From Lama glama (Eukaryota): a stretch of DNA of 64,000 bases. Under the pieces are notes generated by a model that saw only the letters and a program-made list of their open reading frames with translations, was not told where the DNA came from and did not search any database. Numbering within the stretch: position 1 is the stretch's first letter; the number at the start of each line of letters is the position of its first letter. The DNA lies in assembly GCA_028534125.1 (NCBI GenBank), contig CM052817.1, positions 4,900,001 to 4,964,000 on the forward strand, in the 5' to 3' direction. Made by a program: the position numbers and the translations under genes. Below are positions 1 through 14,356 of this stretch, piece after piece.

Positions 1-140
1 AAGAGCTCAGGCACTGTGTCATTTAATAACACATATTTAAAGCCTAAGAACTAGACATTGGTCCCATTTTACAGATGATGAAACTGAGTCCCAATGGATT
101 ATCCCAAGTCCCACAGTCAGTGACTTTAAACTCAACTTCA
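1..140 (-). mobile_element. MIR SINE fragment
   Basis: cccattttacagatgatgaaactgag MIR core in reverse orientation. Confidence 0.65.
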
Positions 141-1718
141 GGTCTGTTTGTCTAGGGGTTCTTTCTTCTTAAGGCACCATGTAGCTTCTCTAAAATGGTT
201 TAGCTCTGAGCTTTCTTTCTATCATAGTGGAGAGGATAACACAGTCAGACACACAATTTTCATTATCAGAATAAAGATGTATTCCAGTACCTCAGGGAAA
301 GCAAATTTTTTGTCCAAGCACTGTCCAAGAAAGGCATCTCTCAAATGGAATCAAGAAAGGCTTCACAGACGAACACTGGGCAGGGTTTTGTGGTACAAAT
401 AGGAGCTCTCCTGGTGAACAGGAGACAAAGAAAATTCAGGAAAATGGAACATCCCATGCAAAGACGGGGACAACAGTCTGAAACCACCTGGTATGGGAGC
501 TTGGCTCCAAGGAGTCTAGTATTCGTGGAGCTCAATGTGAGGTTAACTAATTTAATAACGTTGTAAAGTTCAGTCAAGTTGGAAAGCCAAAGAGCAGAGA
601 AGAGAAAATTTAATTTAAAGAAGTAGAACAAAATCTTATTAAGGTGGACTCCACTAATTTGGAACATGCAGCAATTCAGAGAGGTAAAAACGGTGCATTC
701 AAGGACTTGATTTATAATGTAAGCAAGATTGGAGGCACCAATTCAAAACCACCTAGGCTATTAACAGGTTTTCAAATATTCGAGAGTACGTGGTCACATA
801 GCAACAAAGATATGCTAATGACAAACACTCAATATATTCATTAAAATAGGTCCCCATGGTATCGCTCCTGTCTACACCTTATTAGACTTTCTACTTCCTG
901 TACAATGTTGATGGACATAGACCTGCCTCACTTGAGCTGTTTTTGTGCAAATCACCACCACGCATCCTTAATTTAAATGACACTCACTTCACGCCCGATG
1001 TTTGCTGGACTTGTGCCATCCATCTTCACTTTAATGTCCCATAAAGGATCTCCATAAGGCCCGAGACCCCTTTGAGTTTAACATCCAGACACAAAACCTG
1101 TGACTGGCTCAGGCATCGTCAGAAACCTCATTATTCCCGGTACAGATCTCAAGGGTGCGGACAAAATGGAAATTGGCAGCGCGGTATAGACTGATTTTCC
1201 CTCTCACTGCACCTCATACAGAAGTGCATAATTTGGAGGGAAAGACAAGATTCACCACCTCTGTATAAACGCTGTGCACAACGGGAATCCTAAACCAGCC
1301 CAACACCAAGATCTGCCATTGTACCTCCCACCCAAATGCAATGCGAGGACCCGGTGTTTGGACTTGACGTGATGAGAAGGCCAAGCTCTTGCGCCTTTGC
1401 TCACACGGTACCTCCACTGATTCTTCCTTCTTCTCTCCTGCTTCCTGGAATCTTGTCTCTTCCTCTGGATGGAGTGTGACGTCATTACCTCAAGGACTGT
1501 CGGGGGAAACGTGGACCACATGCCTGGAGGTGCTGCGATGGAGGAGCATGGGGCCCAAGTCCATCCCTCTCTCCTGCTAAACAGATCACTCCCCTAGAGA
1601 ATGAAGCACAGTGTCTTTCTTCTACTTGTCTCTCAGGACACAACTCAAGTACTTATTCAAAAGCCTTCACTGAACTCAAAGACACAGGTATTAAAAAAAA
1701 AAAAACAACCAACTAGGT

Positions 1719-1855
1719 GTGGTGGGTATAGCTCAGTGGAAGAGCGCAGGCTTAGCATGCCTGAGGTCCTGGGTTCAATCCCCAGTACCTCCATTAAAAT
1801 ACATAACTAAATAAAGCATACACATAGTACACCAGAAACTGGAAAAAAAAACCTA
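1719..1855 (+). mobile_element. tRNA-Ala-derived SINE (camelid vic-1-like)
   Basis: ggtatagctcagtggaagagcgc...cttagcatg...gggttcaatccccagtacctcca (Pol III A/B boxes, AGC anticodon loop) followed by an A-rich tail. Confidence 0.88.
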
Positions 1856-4714
1856 TGTGGTACCATCTTGTTTTGCCCATTAAATTAGCTGGTGAAAAGG
1901 TGATGAAAGAGGCATTTGTAGAGACTGCTTGTTCAGTGGTCGTATTTTGAAATGTCATTTCATAGTATGTCTCAAAAAACTCTTTTGGTCCAAGGTGTTG
2001 ACTTCTAGGAATTTATATTTTAAGCAAATAATCAAGGAGGCCAAGAGGATGGCAAGAGGTGAGAGACCGTCAGCCCCAAACAGTGCGTGACATGCAGAAC
2101 TGGGTGCCTCCTATCAGCTCCCCCACAAACCCTGCCCATAGCATCCCCACAGGGTGACAGTGTGCCAAGGGCCACCAGCAGTCTGCGCTTTCTGCCAGCC
2201 GCAATCCCGACTGCCCCCGACATTCCTCACACCCAACCCCTTTCTTCATTTGTTACCTGTCTGCCCCTGCAGGCATTGGAGTTTGGAGTCCTGATCTGGC
2301 ATGGTTCCCGGTCCCAAGGACCTAAGGGTAAGGGCCATTTCTCAACCCCACCTGCTCACAGGAAGAAACCAACTGAGTTCCTGGCAGGCTGGGTATCTGC
2401 TGCACCTAAAGAGGTTTGAATGGAGGAAGAGGGGGGTCTTGTTTGCCATGGCGTCCACCATCACTGACAGTAACACTGATCATTGTGACCCAGAGCAGTG
2501 GAGCCTTACCTGAACTCAGACTGATTCCTCATTGCCTCCATCCCCCACCTTAATTCTTCCTTTTGTTTTCTTGCTTAGTAATAATATATCTTATCTTGAA
2601 TTTTAAAAGAATGTGTGTTAGTGGCTTTAAGTAATTTTTGAAATTACTTGAGAATAGAAAAGGAACAGAAAAAAGCAGAGCCAGGGAGGGAAAAAGGAAG
2701 AGGAAAAGAACCTTGCAGAGTGGTACCCAGCTCGTGGCAGGCTGTCAGCATCCAGTATCACTGAGGATGTGGGCCGTGTATCGCAGATGCTACCAGTGAG
2801 GTGACCCAGACGCCTTTGGCATGGCATGGAACGCCATCGAACGCAGAGCAAAAGGCCACTCACTTCAGTTCCAACTGCATTTCCATCCTGATTACATGGA
2901 GGAGAAAGTCTAGATTTGATACTAGCTTCTCTTCCACACTCTCCTGCTACCTGTCCGTCTCCATTTCAAGCAATGAAAGACCTGGTCTTGGGTTCACAAC
3001 CTCGGCAGGCAACAGTATTTAGTCAGAAGTTAATGACACTGTCTAAGTTTCACGGTATAAGTTCTTAGGGTTGTCTGCTATGCAAGACAACAGGAGATAG
3101 CTTTTACTTTCAGGGTAATACCAAGATCGAGATCTTGTTATTTTTCTGATCTTAATAGACCTGGTTAATCTAAGTTAAAAAGTGAGCTGATATAAAAATT
3201 TAGAAGTCCACAATATGCACGTGGTTTGCAGATACAAATGACCACAAGGGACCACTGTGGGGCCTCTCCAGCCTCCTTCTCCAAGATGTCACAGAATCGG
3301 TTTCTCATCTGGAAAGTGGATAATCACTTTTCAAGGTCATTTCAACATTTTTTAACTGGTTGAAACACGCCCAGGCAGTTCTCGATTGCTAGCCTAAAGA
3401 GGAGGACATGGAGGAAGAAGGGGTAGCAGCAGAAAGGCTGGAGTAAACATGAATCTGCTGACAAGTGCCTTTTATAAATGCCTCACTTCCCCACTTCAGT
3501 GTGTGCCAACATCCTGAGACCCGTCTTAAAGAATGTACTGGCAAATTAAAGGTACGGTGGCAATCAAAAGGAAAATGCACTCTGTTATAAGTTATGGAGA
3601 AAATAATTAGAAATGAAAGCCAAAAAGGATTTCTGAGATCAAGAAGCATTTAAGTGCACCGTTCCACTGCTGGGGCACATGCATTCGCATGTTAAACCCA
3701 GTGGGTTATGGGAGTAATTTATCCTCCATGCAAAGTGTGTCTTCCTATGCTGGAAGCTGGGGATGAAGACATGAAAAGGCATGGTCATCACCCTCAAGGA
3801 CCCACTGTGGAGGATAGGAGGCTCCCTATTTCTTCCAAACTCCCCTCCCTCCCTTTTCTTTTCCATTCATTGAGAAACTACTATGTCCCAAGCCATGGAC
3901 TGGGTGCAAACATCTAATTCAACCTAACAAATACATTATCAAGTGCCTCCCTGTTTCAAGTCCTGGAAATAAACCCAGGAGATAAACTGGACCCTGGCCT
4001 CAGAGAACTCATATTCATTCTGGGAAAAGTCTATGAAGAAATGAGCCAACAAGCTAACAGTGGCAGAAAGGAGTTGTGCTTTATACGTAAAATATGGCAA
4101 CGTGACAGAGAAAGCCTGGAAGATGGGTGAAGCAGGTGGTCCAGGGCGGCTTCTGGTGACCCTCTTTCAAGATGCTCAGATGGAACAACAATGGTGCAGA
4201 CTCCGAAAGGGACCACACCAGAGCACTGGCCATGCGCTGGCCACGCACTGGCCAGACAAGCGTGCAGGGATTTCTCTGCTGGACGGGGGTACCTGGCTAG
4301 ATGGCTGTGGTGTGGCTGCCCTTGTAAGGCTTCCAGGTTGAGGTGTCAACAGTCAGGCAAACACACTTGGCTTCTAAGTCAGCAAACGTCCTGAAAGCCC
4401 TTCTTGTCTGTATGTCAGGAATGATGCTTCTCCTCTCACCACCTTTCAAGTTTATTTCTCCTAATTGCACAAAGGCCTGATAATGTGGCTGGAAATGTTT
4501 TAAAAATCTCATCTATGAAGAAGTCCCTCTGAGAGCTATGAGTGAGTTCCGTGCAGAGCAGGAGCCCCAGGCAAGGGTGTTGACACCCCAGAATTCAGAA
4601 ACCAAGCCAGAAGGGGGCTCACGGGGAAGCAACAGGTAGACCTAGGATTCCTGCTGAGAATCCACGTCAGCTGGATGGCGGCCGAGGCTTCTGTGCAGCT
4701 GGGGAGACCAGGGA

Positions 4715-4870
4715 AGAGGTTCAGGCTTTGGATCGAGACACACAGGGGTTAAAACTGATTCCTCAACTTAATGGCCCAATGACACTGTGGAGGTCACTCC
4801 ACCTCTCCAGGTCCAAGTTTTTCCATCTATAGATAGAGCTAAGAGTGCTCACTGCCTCCCTTCCTCTCAC
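4715..4870 (+). mobile_element. MIR SINE fragment
   Basis: ggaggtcactccacctctccaggtccaagtttttccatctatag is MIR-like. Confidence 0.5.
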
Positions 4871-6174
4871 CTTGCACGGGAAGCAGGCTCCTGATATACT
4901 AGGGGAAGGGGCTGATGGTGGAGGTGGGGGAAGGAAATCCAGTCTTGCAGAAGCCAAGCAAGTCTTGCAGAATACAAGCAGAGAGCAGAGGCCAACCCAC
5001 TGTCAAGGTCAGGTTGAGACAGAGTGTCAGGAGTCATGGAGCGGAACGAGGGTCCACGGAGCTCTCTGGGACAGCCAGGAAGGCCCTGGGGACCAGGCTA
5101 CTGCATTGCAGGAGAGCGTGGAGATGTGACAGTCCCCTGAGCAGTGAGCATAGCACAGGTCTCCCTGGGGATCTAACAGCAGGATGAATGGCCCTCAAGG
5201 TCCCTTGTGATTTTTTTTTTAAAGAAACTATCATCACTTTGGACTTAGGGCCTTGCAAATCCCCACCCTGGCCTTTGTGAGTAACGCGGCCCTTACACCG
5301 ATACCGTCACCACCATCTCTCCAACAGTCCTCACAGCAGAAATGCAAGTGGCCATTTATCAGGGAAGGGCACATTCTTGAGAGTCGACAATAACTACGTT
5401 GTGTTTCTAGTGTGTCTTTACAGTCCAGACAGAATTCCTGACTTGCCGAGGCGCTGGTTGGGTGGGGACCACATGTGGCGGGGGAACATGGGCCAGCATC
5501 CCTGCCCGTCTCCTGTGGAGGGGGGTCACCGGCCTGGGCACAGCAGTTAGCACGGACGTGGAACAGAACACTTTTCTTTCACCATGATTGCGCTGCCTTT
5601 ACTTTCACAAGTTGAGATTTATTTTCACATCAGCCCATACTGCCTTGCATTTGATCACGGAGTCTGGGTCATTCAATCTGCTCTGCTTCTCAGAGTTCAC
5701 TGTGCTGGGGCCCAGTTCGCAGTCCACGAAGCAGGCAGGGAGTTGTTAAACCTCAGACTCCCAGAGCAGGAGAGACAGGTCAGGCTACTGGCTGTCAAAA
5801 TGGTTATGCAACAGAAACCCTTCCTTCAATGAAACCCACTGCAGAATGCTAGGAAACAGGGATGCAGAGTGAGGCGGGAAGAGGCCTGGTCCCTCCGCAT
5901 TCAGCCCCATCAGCCCTGAGTGACCTCTGAGGAACTCCCTGGACCCTCCCCCCTTGCCCCGGGGCTCCATGGAAACCAGGGCACGACCAGTGGTCAGAGC
6001 CTACGGCCTTCAGTCCACAGCCAAGAAAACTGTCGCCCAGAGAAGGGAGTGTCGAATTTCGAGTGAGAGGATAAGATCCCAATGGCAGGTCTCCGTTTCC
6101 CTCATAATTTCCAACAACTTTCATTCAATCAGGCTAGCAAAATGAAGGGGGAACCCTGATCTGGAAGGTGTAAG

Positions 6175-6340
6175 CTCTGAGGTGATGGGCTGGGAGTGAA
6201 TCCTGTCTCCACCCTGTTAACCGGTGGCAGGGTCAGGGGGCTATACAATCAATCACTCAGCTCCTCCGAGCCTCAGTTTCCCCAGGTATAGTCACACCTG
6301 CCATGGGGACCTGCTGTGAATGTCTGGTGCCGTGAAATCC
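6175..6340 (+). mobile_element. MIR SINE fragment
   Basis: ctgggagtgaatcctgtctcc...ctccgagcctcagtttcccc MIR core. Confidence 0.55.
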
Positions 6341-6625
6341 CCAAGGTGCCTCTCGCTCAGGGAGCCTCCCTGATGCCACAAAAAGATGCCAAGTGTCCTC
6401 CTCCTTCACAGCGTCAGAGTTTCCTGGGCACATACACTCCTTCCCCAGCACTTGCCAGAATCTTGATTTGTCCATATTTTTGTATTATTGGATTTTTGCC
6501 TGTCTCCTGTCCAGACCGGGAAAGGGGATGCTCCACACAGGTGAGGCCATGCCTGTTTTGCTCTGCATGTGTTACCAGCACTTAGGACCATACGCCATGC
6601 ATCACAAGTGCTTAATAACTCAGTG

Positions 6626-7176
6626 CTTCCCCAGTGTTCATAGCAGCACCATTTACAACAGCCAAGACACGGAGGCACCTAAATGTCCACAAACAGATGA
6701 CTGGATAAAGAGTTGTGGTATATATACACAACGGAATACTACTTGGCCATGAAAAAGAATGAAACAATACCATTTGCAGTAATATGGATACACTTATCAT
6801 ACTAAATGAAGTAAGTTAGAAAGAGAGAGACAGATATCATATGATAGCACTTATATGTGGAATCTAAAAAAAATGTTACAAGTAAACGTACTTACAAAAC
6901 AGAAACAGACTTACAGACACAGAAAACAAACTTACGGTTACCAAAGAGGAAGGGGAAGAGAGATATATCAGGAGTTTGGGATTAGCAGATATATAATACT
7001 ACATACAAAATAGATAAACATCAATGACCTACTGTACAGCACAGGGAACTATATTCAATATTTTGTAATAACCTGTAATGAAAAAGAATATTTATATATG
7101 TATAATTGAATCCCTATGCTGTACACCAGAAACTAACACAACAGTGCAAATCAATGTACTTCAATTTAAAAAAAGA
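6626..7176 (+). mobile_element. 5'-truncated L1 (ORF2 C-terminus and 3' UTR)
   Basis: gttcatagcagcaccatttacaacagccaagac...gtacagcacagggaactatattcaat...cttcaatttaaaaaaag, a cetartiodactyl-type L1 3' end. Confidence 0.9.
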
Positions 7177-7739
7177 CTAGGGGGAGAAAAATCACTTTAC
7201 AAAATAAATACCTACTGGCTAAGATCCATCAATCAATCAAATGGATCAATCAATCAGTGCTGAATCAATGAACACATGAACCCAAAGGCAGGGGGCGCTG
7301 GTGCAGACCACTGGCCTGATGTGCGGTCCACTCATTTACAAGCCACGAACCCTCCTCGGCCTCAGTTGTCCCTCTGCCAAATGGAAAGGCACAGTGCCAC
7401 TGGACAGGACACTGTGAGCAATAACTAAGATGACCCATGTGGAGCGCCCAGAAGGTACACAGCCAGCGCTTAATAAGGGTTTGCTGTTAGAACCGCCACC
7501 ACCATCACCCATCAGAATCTAAAAGGTCACTTTCCTTCCTTAGCTTTACAAACTGACGCGGGATCAGAGGTTTGGGGTGGAAACACCATTTGTTCAGATT
7601 AGCAAAATACCTTCTGTTGGGCTGGGAAGACTAGAGGGCTCACTTTTGGTTTTAGTTCTGATCGCCACATCGGTGTGGGTCAGCGCAAGCTGGCCAGTTA
7701 CAGCCTCTGCATATCCTCTGCGGGGCAGAGGACATGAAG

Positions 7740-8130
7740 TCGGTCAATCATTCATTCAGCAAGCACTTACTGAGCCTCCACCCCATGCCAAGGCAGGTTT
7801 CCGAGTGCTGAGGAAAGCAGTGAAAATGTAGATGAGTGTGCCCTCTGGAGCCCTTCCCTCCTTCACGCATGTGTGTGTGTGAAGGAGGCATAGAAAATAA
7901 ACAGGATAAGTAAGTGAAATGTATTGCATCTAAAGCGGGGAGGAGGGTTAGTGGGTTGAGACTGCCAGGATGGGGACGAACTGACCACTTACAATTGGGT
8001 AGCCAAGAAAAGACCTCAAACAGCAGGTAACGTCCCCTGCAGGTGCCTAGGGGAAGCTATCCCAGGCAGAGGAAATTCCAGTGCGATGACCCAGGTGGGT
8101 GCGTGCCTGGCTGTCAGAAGGACACTGGGA
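7740..8130 (-). mobile_element. L2 LINE 3' fragment
   Basis: tcattcattcagcaagcacttactgagc is the reverse complement of the L2 3' end. Confidence 0.6.
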
Positions 8131-8868
8131 GCTGCCACGAGACTTTCAAAAACCCGAGGAACAAGGGAGCCACAGTCTCCAATTTAATTAAGCTCACCAC
8201 AGTGGGTATATACTTCCCAATAAAAGGTATGACACTCTATGGCAATTTTTGATTCTCTTTGGGACACAAGCTTAACAGAGAACTGCTCATCGCTTAGCAT
8301 CCGTCGGCTTTACCTGCAGTTCGCATAGTTACAACCACATTCACTGCCTCTCCCCGGCGATTTCAGGCACATAAACCATTCATGGAGTTTACAGGCTACG
8401 ACCCGTGCTTCAGTTCTCCTCAGAAGGAAGTGCAATAAAGTACATCTCACTAACAAATTATCATTTTCACAGAACCTTCATCCACTGGATCCCATTTGAT
8501 TTGGACTTTCACAAAGCCTGGAAAAGAGGAGGGTATTATCCCCATTGTATAGACAAGGAAACTGAGACTTTCCAAGAGCACAGTCCTAGGAAAGGGAAGG
8601 AACACTTTTTGCCTGGTATTCAACCACCATATTTCCTCTTTTTAACTGATCTCAAAGCATCACTCTCATTGCTTATCCACCTTCAGGTCTGTGAGGTGCA
8701 TCCTGGCCCTGGCTCACTGAAGATGGGTTTAGGAAGAATCAAAGCTTCGGTGTTAGATCTGAGTCTGTCAGGGTTGTGCTTGAGCTGGCTCCTATTGCCT
8801 CATGAGAATGTCTCAGTTTTCAGAAATTTTGCAAGCAGGCTGACATGCTGTTAGTTTGAAATCAACCA

Positions 8869-9235
8869 TGTCTTCGTCCGCTTGTGCTGCTATCATAGAA
8901 TGCGATGGACTGGGTGGCTTACAAGCAACAGAAATCTCTTTCTCACAGTCTGGAGGCTAGAAGTCCAAGATTAAGGTGCAAGTGGATTTGGTGTCTGGTG
9001 AGTGTCAGCTTTCTGGCTCACAGACAGTTGTCTTCTGGCTGTGTCTTCATGTGCAGAAGGGGAAGGAGTGAGGGAGCTCAGTGGGACCCCTTGTCAGGGC
9101 ACTAATCCTGTTCACGAGGGCCCCACCCTCATGACTCGATCCCCTCCCAAGGGCCCACCTCCTGCTACCATCACCCTGGAGGTTAAGGCTTCAACATATG
9201 AATCTGGGGAAGATTCATACCTTCAGCCTGTAGCA
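8869..9235 (-). mobile_element. MaLR solo LTR (MLT1A-like)
   Basis: tgctgctatcataga...ctgggtggcttacaagcaacagaaat...catcaccctggaggttaaggcttcaacatatgaat...tgtagca. Confidence 0.8.
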
Positions 9236-10000
9236 GGCCAAGATGGGAGAGCTGACACCACGGAAATCGGCCGACTCTACCAGCCAGGGCTTACTTTCTG
9301 TCCCTTGGACAGCTGGTTGTGAAGCATTACTGGCACATTGTTGCCTCTAGTCCCGATGCTGCCTCTTGTCAGCTACATAATCCCCCACAAGTTACTTAAC
9401 CCACCAGTCCTCAGCTTCTCCAGCTGTAAGCTGGGGGTGGTAACATCCACCATGGAAGATGGCTCGGAAGACCAATCAGGGTGAAATAGGAAAAGAGCCG
9501 TGCACCACAAGAGATCAATCAAAGGGGAGTGCTACCAGTACTTTAGGCACTGATGAAGTGTAGGGAGACTTTAATGATCCCCAAGGACCCAGGAGAGTAC
9601 TAATTACAGAAAAAGCATGAGAAGTCACAGAAATGGGCACAAGAAGGCACTGTGTGGGTAGAAGATGGGGAGGCAGAGCGCTCCAAAGACTGCGGGCAGG
9701 TCCAAGGGGGTCCCGGCTTTCCCATGGACCTTGGGCAAACTCCATGCCCTTCCATGGATTTCTGGATTCCCATCCCCATTCACCCGCAGGAATTATCTGA
9801 TACACGAAGGCCACTGCCGGGCCCACTTCCACCCTCCCCAAGCCCTGGTTTTTGCACAGCACATTCTCTGGGTCCTCACCCATCCCTTTCCACAGTTCAG
9901 GGCTGACCCTCTGGATGTCAGAACGCAGCTGGTACATCTTGTAATCCACACTCACCTGCTTAAGTATAACAAACCTACACCACTTAAAAATAAAATTTGG

Positions 10001-10147
10001 TGGAGGGAGGGACAGCTCAGTGGTATAGTGCATGTTTAGCATGCACGAGGGCCTGGGTTCAATCCCCAGTACCTCCAGTAAAAATAAAAAAAAATTAAAA
10101 TTAAAATTAAAACCAAAAAATAAAAATAAATTAATAATAATAATAAC
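10001..10147 (+). mobile_element. tRNA-Ala-derived SINE (vic-1-like) with 16-bp TSD
   Basis: tRNA-like head plus A-rich tail; exact TSD taaaaataaaatttgg at 9985-10000 and 10148-10163. Confidence 0.92.
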
Positions 10148-11235
10148 TAAAAATAAAATTTGGGAAACCTGGGATCTTGAAAGCACAAACCTGACAAATC
10201 CTTGAATAATAAAGGATGAGAAAAGGACCCTGGACAAGACAGCATCACCTCTTGCTCCCTTTTATTAAGGGAGTTACCATGGTGATGGAAACATAAGATG
10301 ATACTAACTGGAACTTGGAAGAACCTCACAAGCATTTCCCATGTCTCTGAGCCCCACGACATGGTGGATATTTGGAATCTCTATGTTTTTTAACTTACCC
10401 AGGATCCCAAAGGACCGTGACTACTCAAGATGTAAGAAGAGAGCAGGGGGGCAGAATCAACCGCTGGCTGAGGCTGAGGGTCTGTCCTCTCTCATCTGTA
10501 AGCTCAGTAGAGATGGCGAGCGACCATCTCGCTCACTGTTCTATCACCAGGGCCAGCACAGTGTTTGGCATGTTCTAGGACCTTAACAAACACTGAATGA
10601 ATTAACGTACTGAACAGCAGGTGCTGGGAATACAGAGGTGAGTAGGGCATGGTCCCATTCCCCAAGCGGCTCCCTGCTAACAGAGGAAACAGACATACAA
10701 ACAGATAAAAGCGGCTGAGCTGCCTTGTGCTGCGGCAGAGTCCAGAAGCAAGCACGGCCGGTGGGGACCTGGGCAGACGTCCTGAGGAAGCTCGTTGGAA
10801 GGGGTGGTGCCTGGTCTGTAAACTCCAAGAGGGCAGGAGCCATATTTATTCTCTTCTTCTCTGTGCCCTTAGAAATTAAGACAGCGCCTGGTACCCAGGA
10901 AGGGTCCAATCAGTACCTATTAAATGAATGAATACTTGTGGGAGGATGAGCGGAAGTTCTCACCGAGAACCAAGGGAAGTCAGCGTTCCAGGCAGAAGGA
11001 ACAGCATGTGCCAGGCCCAGCGGGGTGAAAACAGCAAGATGAAGTACAGGGGGCACTCATGAGTCAGAATGGCTGGACAAAAATGCAGCAAGACGGTGGC
11101 AAGGGTGGGTGTCAGAAGGAGAGACTGACGTAATGTCAGGGGTCAGCGCATGGAGAGAAGTGTATTCCCTGGGCTTTGCGGTATTCTGCTCAGAGGAGGG
11201 GTGGACTTAGATCTGCACTTTGATAAAGGTTGCCC

Positions 11236-11545
11236 TCCTGTGGACTAAATGTCTGTGTCCCTCCAAAAATTCCTAAAGTGAAACCCTAGTCCCCAGCGTG
11301 ACGGAGGCAGAGCCTCCAGGGGGTGATTAGGTCATGAGGGTGGGTCACTCTTTCTCTCTCCCACGTGAGGGCCCAGCAGGAAGACAGCATCTCTACTCCA
11401 GGAGAAAGGTCTTCATCACAACTTGACCAGGCCAGCACCCTGATCTCAGACTTGCCAGCCTGCGGAACTGTGAGAAATACATGTCTGCTGTTAAGCCGCC
11501 CGGTCGACAGCAATCTATTACAGCAGCCTGACCTGACCGAAGGCA
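11236..11545 (+). mobile_element. MaLR solo LTR (MLT1A-like)
   Basis: tgtggactaaatgtctgtgtccctccaaaaattc...gacttgccagcctgcggaactgtgagaaatac...ttacagcagcctga. Confidence 0.8.
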
Positions 11546-12484
11546 CCCCGTGTGGGGCGAACTGGTGCTGGCCGAGTGCTGAAAGGTGAGCTGGGATGCT
11601 GCAGCAATATTCAAAACCAAAGATGATTATTTTTATGGACATGAGGCTGCTCAGTAACTGGTGATTCTTTGCAAAGGGTTTCCATCCTTCATCAAAGGTT
11701 CCCCGAGGGCCTTCCTGTCTCTGTTGTCCCTCAGCTTCCTTTCCTGTCCCCTTGCTTCAGACAGAGCAGCTCCACTTTTCAACACCTTAAATAGTTTTAC
11801 TGTATTCGAAGTTCTCAATGCTTAAGAAAAATCAGCCACTGGTTTAAGTGGTTCTTTCTTGGCTTAGAGTGTTTCGTAAAGACTTGTGTCTTGAACCAGC
11901 CCTTTGCTACTCAGGGAAGGTTCTAGAAACAACACAACACTTGCTATGAGAACTGTTTAAACTGACTGCAGGTATCTGTTCTCATCCCATCCTGCCCGAA
12001 CTCCATTCCCACAGTTACTTCAATGGCAAACTGGGCAGGGGAGGCAATGGACCAATTATAAACAGATCATTTTAACAGCTAGTCTAGCACAGTCAATCTG
12101 GTACATGGAATTGGATTTTGAAAATACAGTCTGAAAACACAAGTGACCTACCTACTCACTACCATGTAATCAGGGTGAAAATCTAGTACTGAAAACTCAA
12201 GACATATCTTCCAACAGTCAGCATGTCCTCATGTCCACTGCTGGAAGAGGAGAGAACTGGTCCAGCCAGCCCAAGGGGAACCTGAAAGACGAGTGTTACC
12301 ATGACAACAGCATCAGAGGTTCCGGATCCAGCTGGCGCCCTGCCCGGGACCCTGTGGATACTTGTTATATATGACCCTACTTGGTCCTTAGAGCAACCCT
12401 ATGATGTGGTCATCTTTTCATCTGCATCTTATACATAAGGCAACTGAGACACAGCGCAGAAAATCAAATGACTCTCAAGGCCTC

Positions 12485-12840
12485 TGTATTAGTCCACTCG
12501 GGCTGCCATAACACAAACCACGCCTAGGGGGCGTCAGCAGCAGACGCGTACTTCCGCAATGTTCCCGAGACTGCAAGTCGGAGATCAGGGTCCAGGCGTG
12601 GTCGTGATCTGGTGAGGACTCTCCTTCTGGTTTGCAGATGGCCACCTTCTTGCTGTGTCCTCACGTGGCAGAGAGACTCGCTCTCTCTCCATCTTCTTAG
12701 GAGGCCACCATCCTTTGGGATTAGGGCTCCACCCCAACGACTTCACTTAACCTTAATGGCCACTTAAAAGACCCTGTCCACAGATACAGTCACACTGGGG
12801 GTTAGGGCATCCATATGTGAGTCTGCATGCGGTAGGGCCG
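12485..12840 (-). mobile_element. MaLR solo LTR (MLT1A/B-like)
   Basis: tgtattagtccactcgggctgccataac...ggattagggctccacccc...cagtcacactgggggttagggc. Confidence 0.8.
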
Positions 12841-13499
12841 GGGGACAGGGAAGCACCATTAAGTCCAGAGCAGCCTCATAGCCGGGGACATCAGACCTCA
12901 GAGCTGAGTGTTGAAACTCTCCCCTCCCCATCTCTCCCCTCCTCTCCTCCCCCATTCCCCACCTCTCCAGGGCTCCTGCTAATGTACCAGCCCCTGTCCC
13001 TGGGGTGATTTTTCACTCCCTTCTTCCTTTGCCCTGGTATCCTGAAGCCCAAGAGAGCCAAACAATTTCACTTCAGAACAGGTGAAAATATTGCACTTGA
13101 CAACTCAACCTGGATGGTCACAGGCCTGGGAGCACCCATCATTTACTCCTTAGAGGCCAAACTGTCATGAAAACTAATCAGTGCCTGGTCTTTGCCTCTG
13201 CCGGTTATAGAGCATGTCAGCAAAAAAGAAGAATGAGGAGGGGCACAGGCAGGCTTTCCAAGGCTGTGATAATTCACCCTCCGTGTAATGAGATGAAAAG
13301 CTGACGTATCATTAATTTAAAGCAGTGGTGTCCTTATGAACCCAACAAGCAATTCCACCCTGTGCTCCCTGCCAGTGGGGTGAGAGGCAGCCAAACAGAA
13401 GCCCAGCAGGAGGGGCTCCAGGCAGGGAGCAGGGGGTGCAGTTGGCTAAGCAGGGAAGGGCCAGGGCCTTCTCACAGCTGTGGGAGAGGTGCTGTGAGT

Positions 13500-13680
13500 G
13501 TGGCCCTTGAAGCCAGACAGCCTGGGTTCAAGTCCATCTCCACCACCTACTAGTGATGGGACTCAGTTTCCCCATCTGTAAACAGGCATAATGATATTAG
13601 GACGATAGTAGGAAACTGGAGAGGCCATTAGGAAGATTAATAGAAGTTAAAGGAGACACTTACCAAATACCCAGTACAAG
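13500..13680 (+). mobile_element. MIR SINE fragment
   Basis: gccagacagcctgggttcaagtcc...ctcagtttccccatctgtaaa. Confidence 0.65.
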
Positions 13681-14308
13681 CTGGTGGTCATTTCCCTACA
13701 AGAACTGGAAACCTTAGGGCACAGTGGATGGTCTCGAGTTGGAACTGCAGTCTCATTGGTTCAGGTGCGGTCATGAACTGCTCTGAGCCTGCCTTTCCTC
13801 TCGGAGAAAGGGGGCCCAAACCCCTCCTTCTGCAGGCCTGTTATGAAGACTGCAGCACGAGGATATAATGTGCCAATCATGTGGCGGGCATGGTCACTAC
13901 GGCGCTCTGAAAACAGCTCCCCTCTGCAGACTCCTGAGATTCAGGTGGGGCCAACCTGCTAGCCCCTCCCCCACTGCTTTAGGAATGGGCACATGACCAG
14001 GTCAATCACACCAGTGACCTTCAGCCTCTGCTGGGGCTGTTCAGCTCATAGGAGGAACAGGAACAACCAGTGATCAGCATGAGTGATGGCTCTGAAAATA
14101 AAGTGGGCACACAGGAGAGCAGGAGATCGAGAGGCAGACTGAAGTCAGCTGGAGTGCTAGGCCTTTCAGTTACAAGCCCCGAGGAGTCCCCTGAGGCAAA
14201 GTTGAAGTCCCCATAATAAAAAATCCTGAGCCATGCAGTATGTAAGGTACGCAGTACCAGCCAACGGATTAAGGACCCTCTCCTTTCCACTTCAAGCTGG
14301 AAGGGGCG

Positions 14309-14309
<1 letters not shown>

Positions 14310-14356
<47 letters not shown>
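14310..14356 (+). repeat. (TATC)n tetranucleotide microsatellite
   Basis: About 11 perfect TATC units. Confidence 0.95.

Noticed and set aside
1722..1793. tRNA-Ala(AGC)-like gene (also near 10005, 27235, 43155, 54600)
   Set aside because: Stem mismatches, AT-rich tails and TSDs show these are SINE heads, not tRNA genes.
9515..10237. 240-aa minus-strand ORF, the longest in the track
   Set aside because: Runs through a SINE and its low-complexity tail (FFGFNFNFNFF); a chance ORF.
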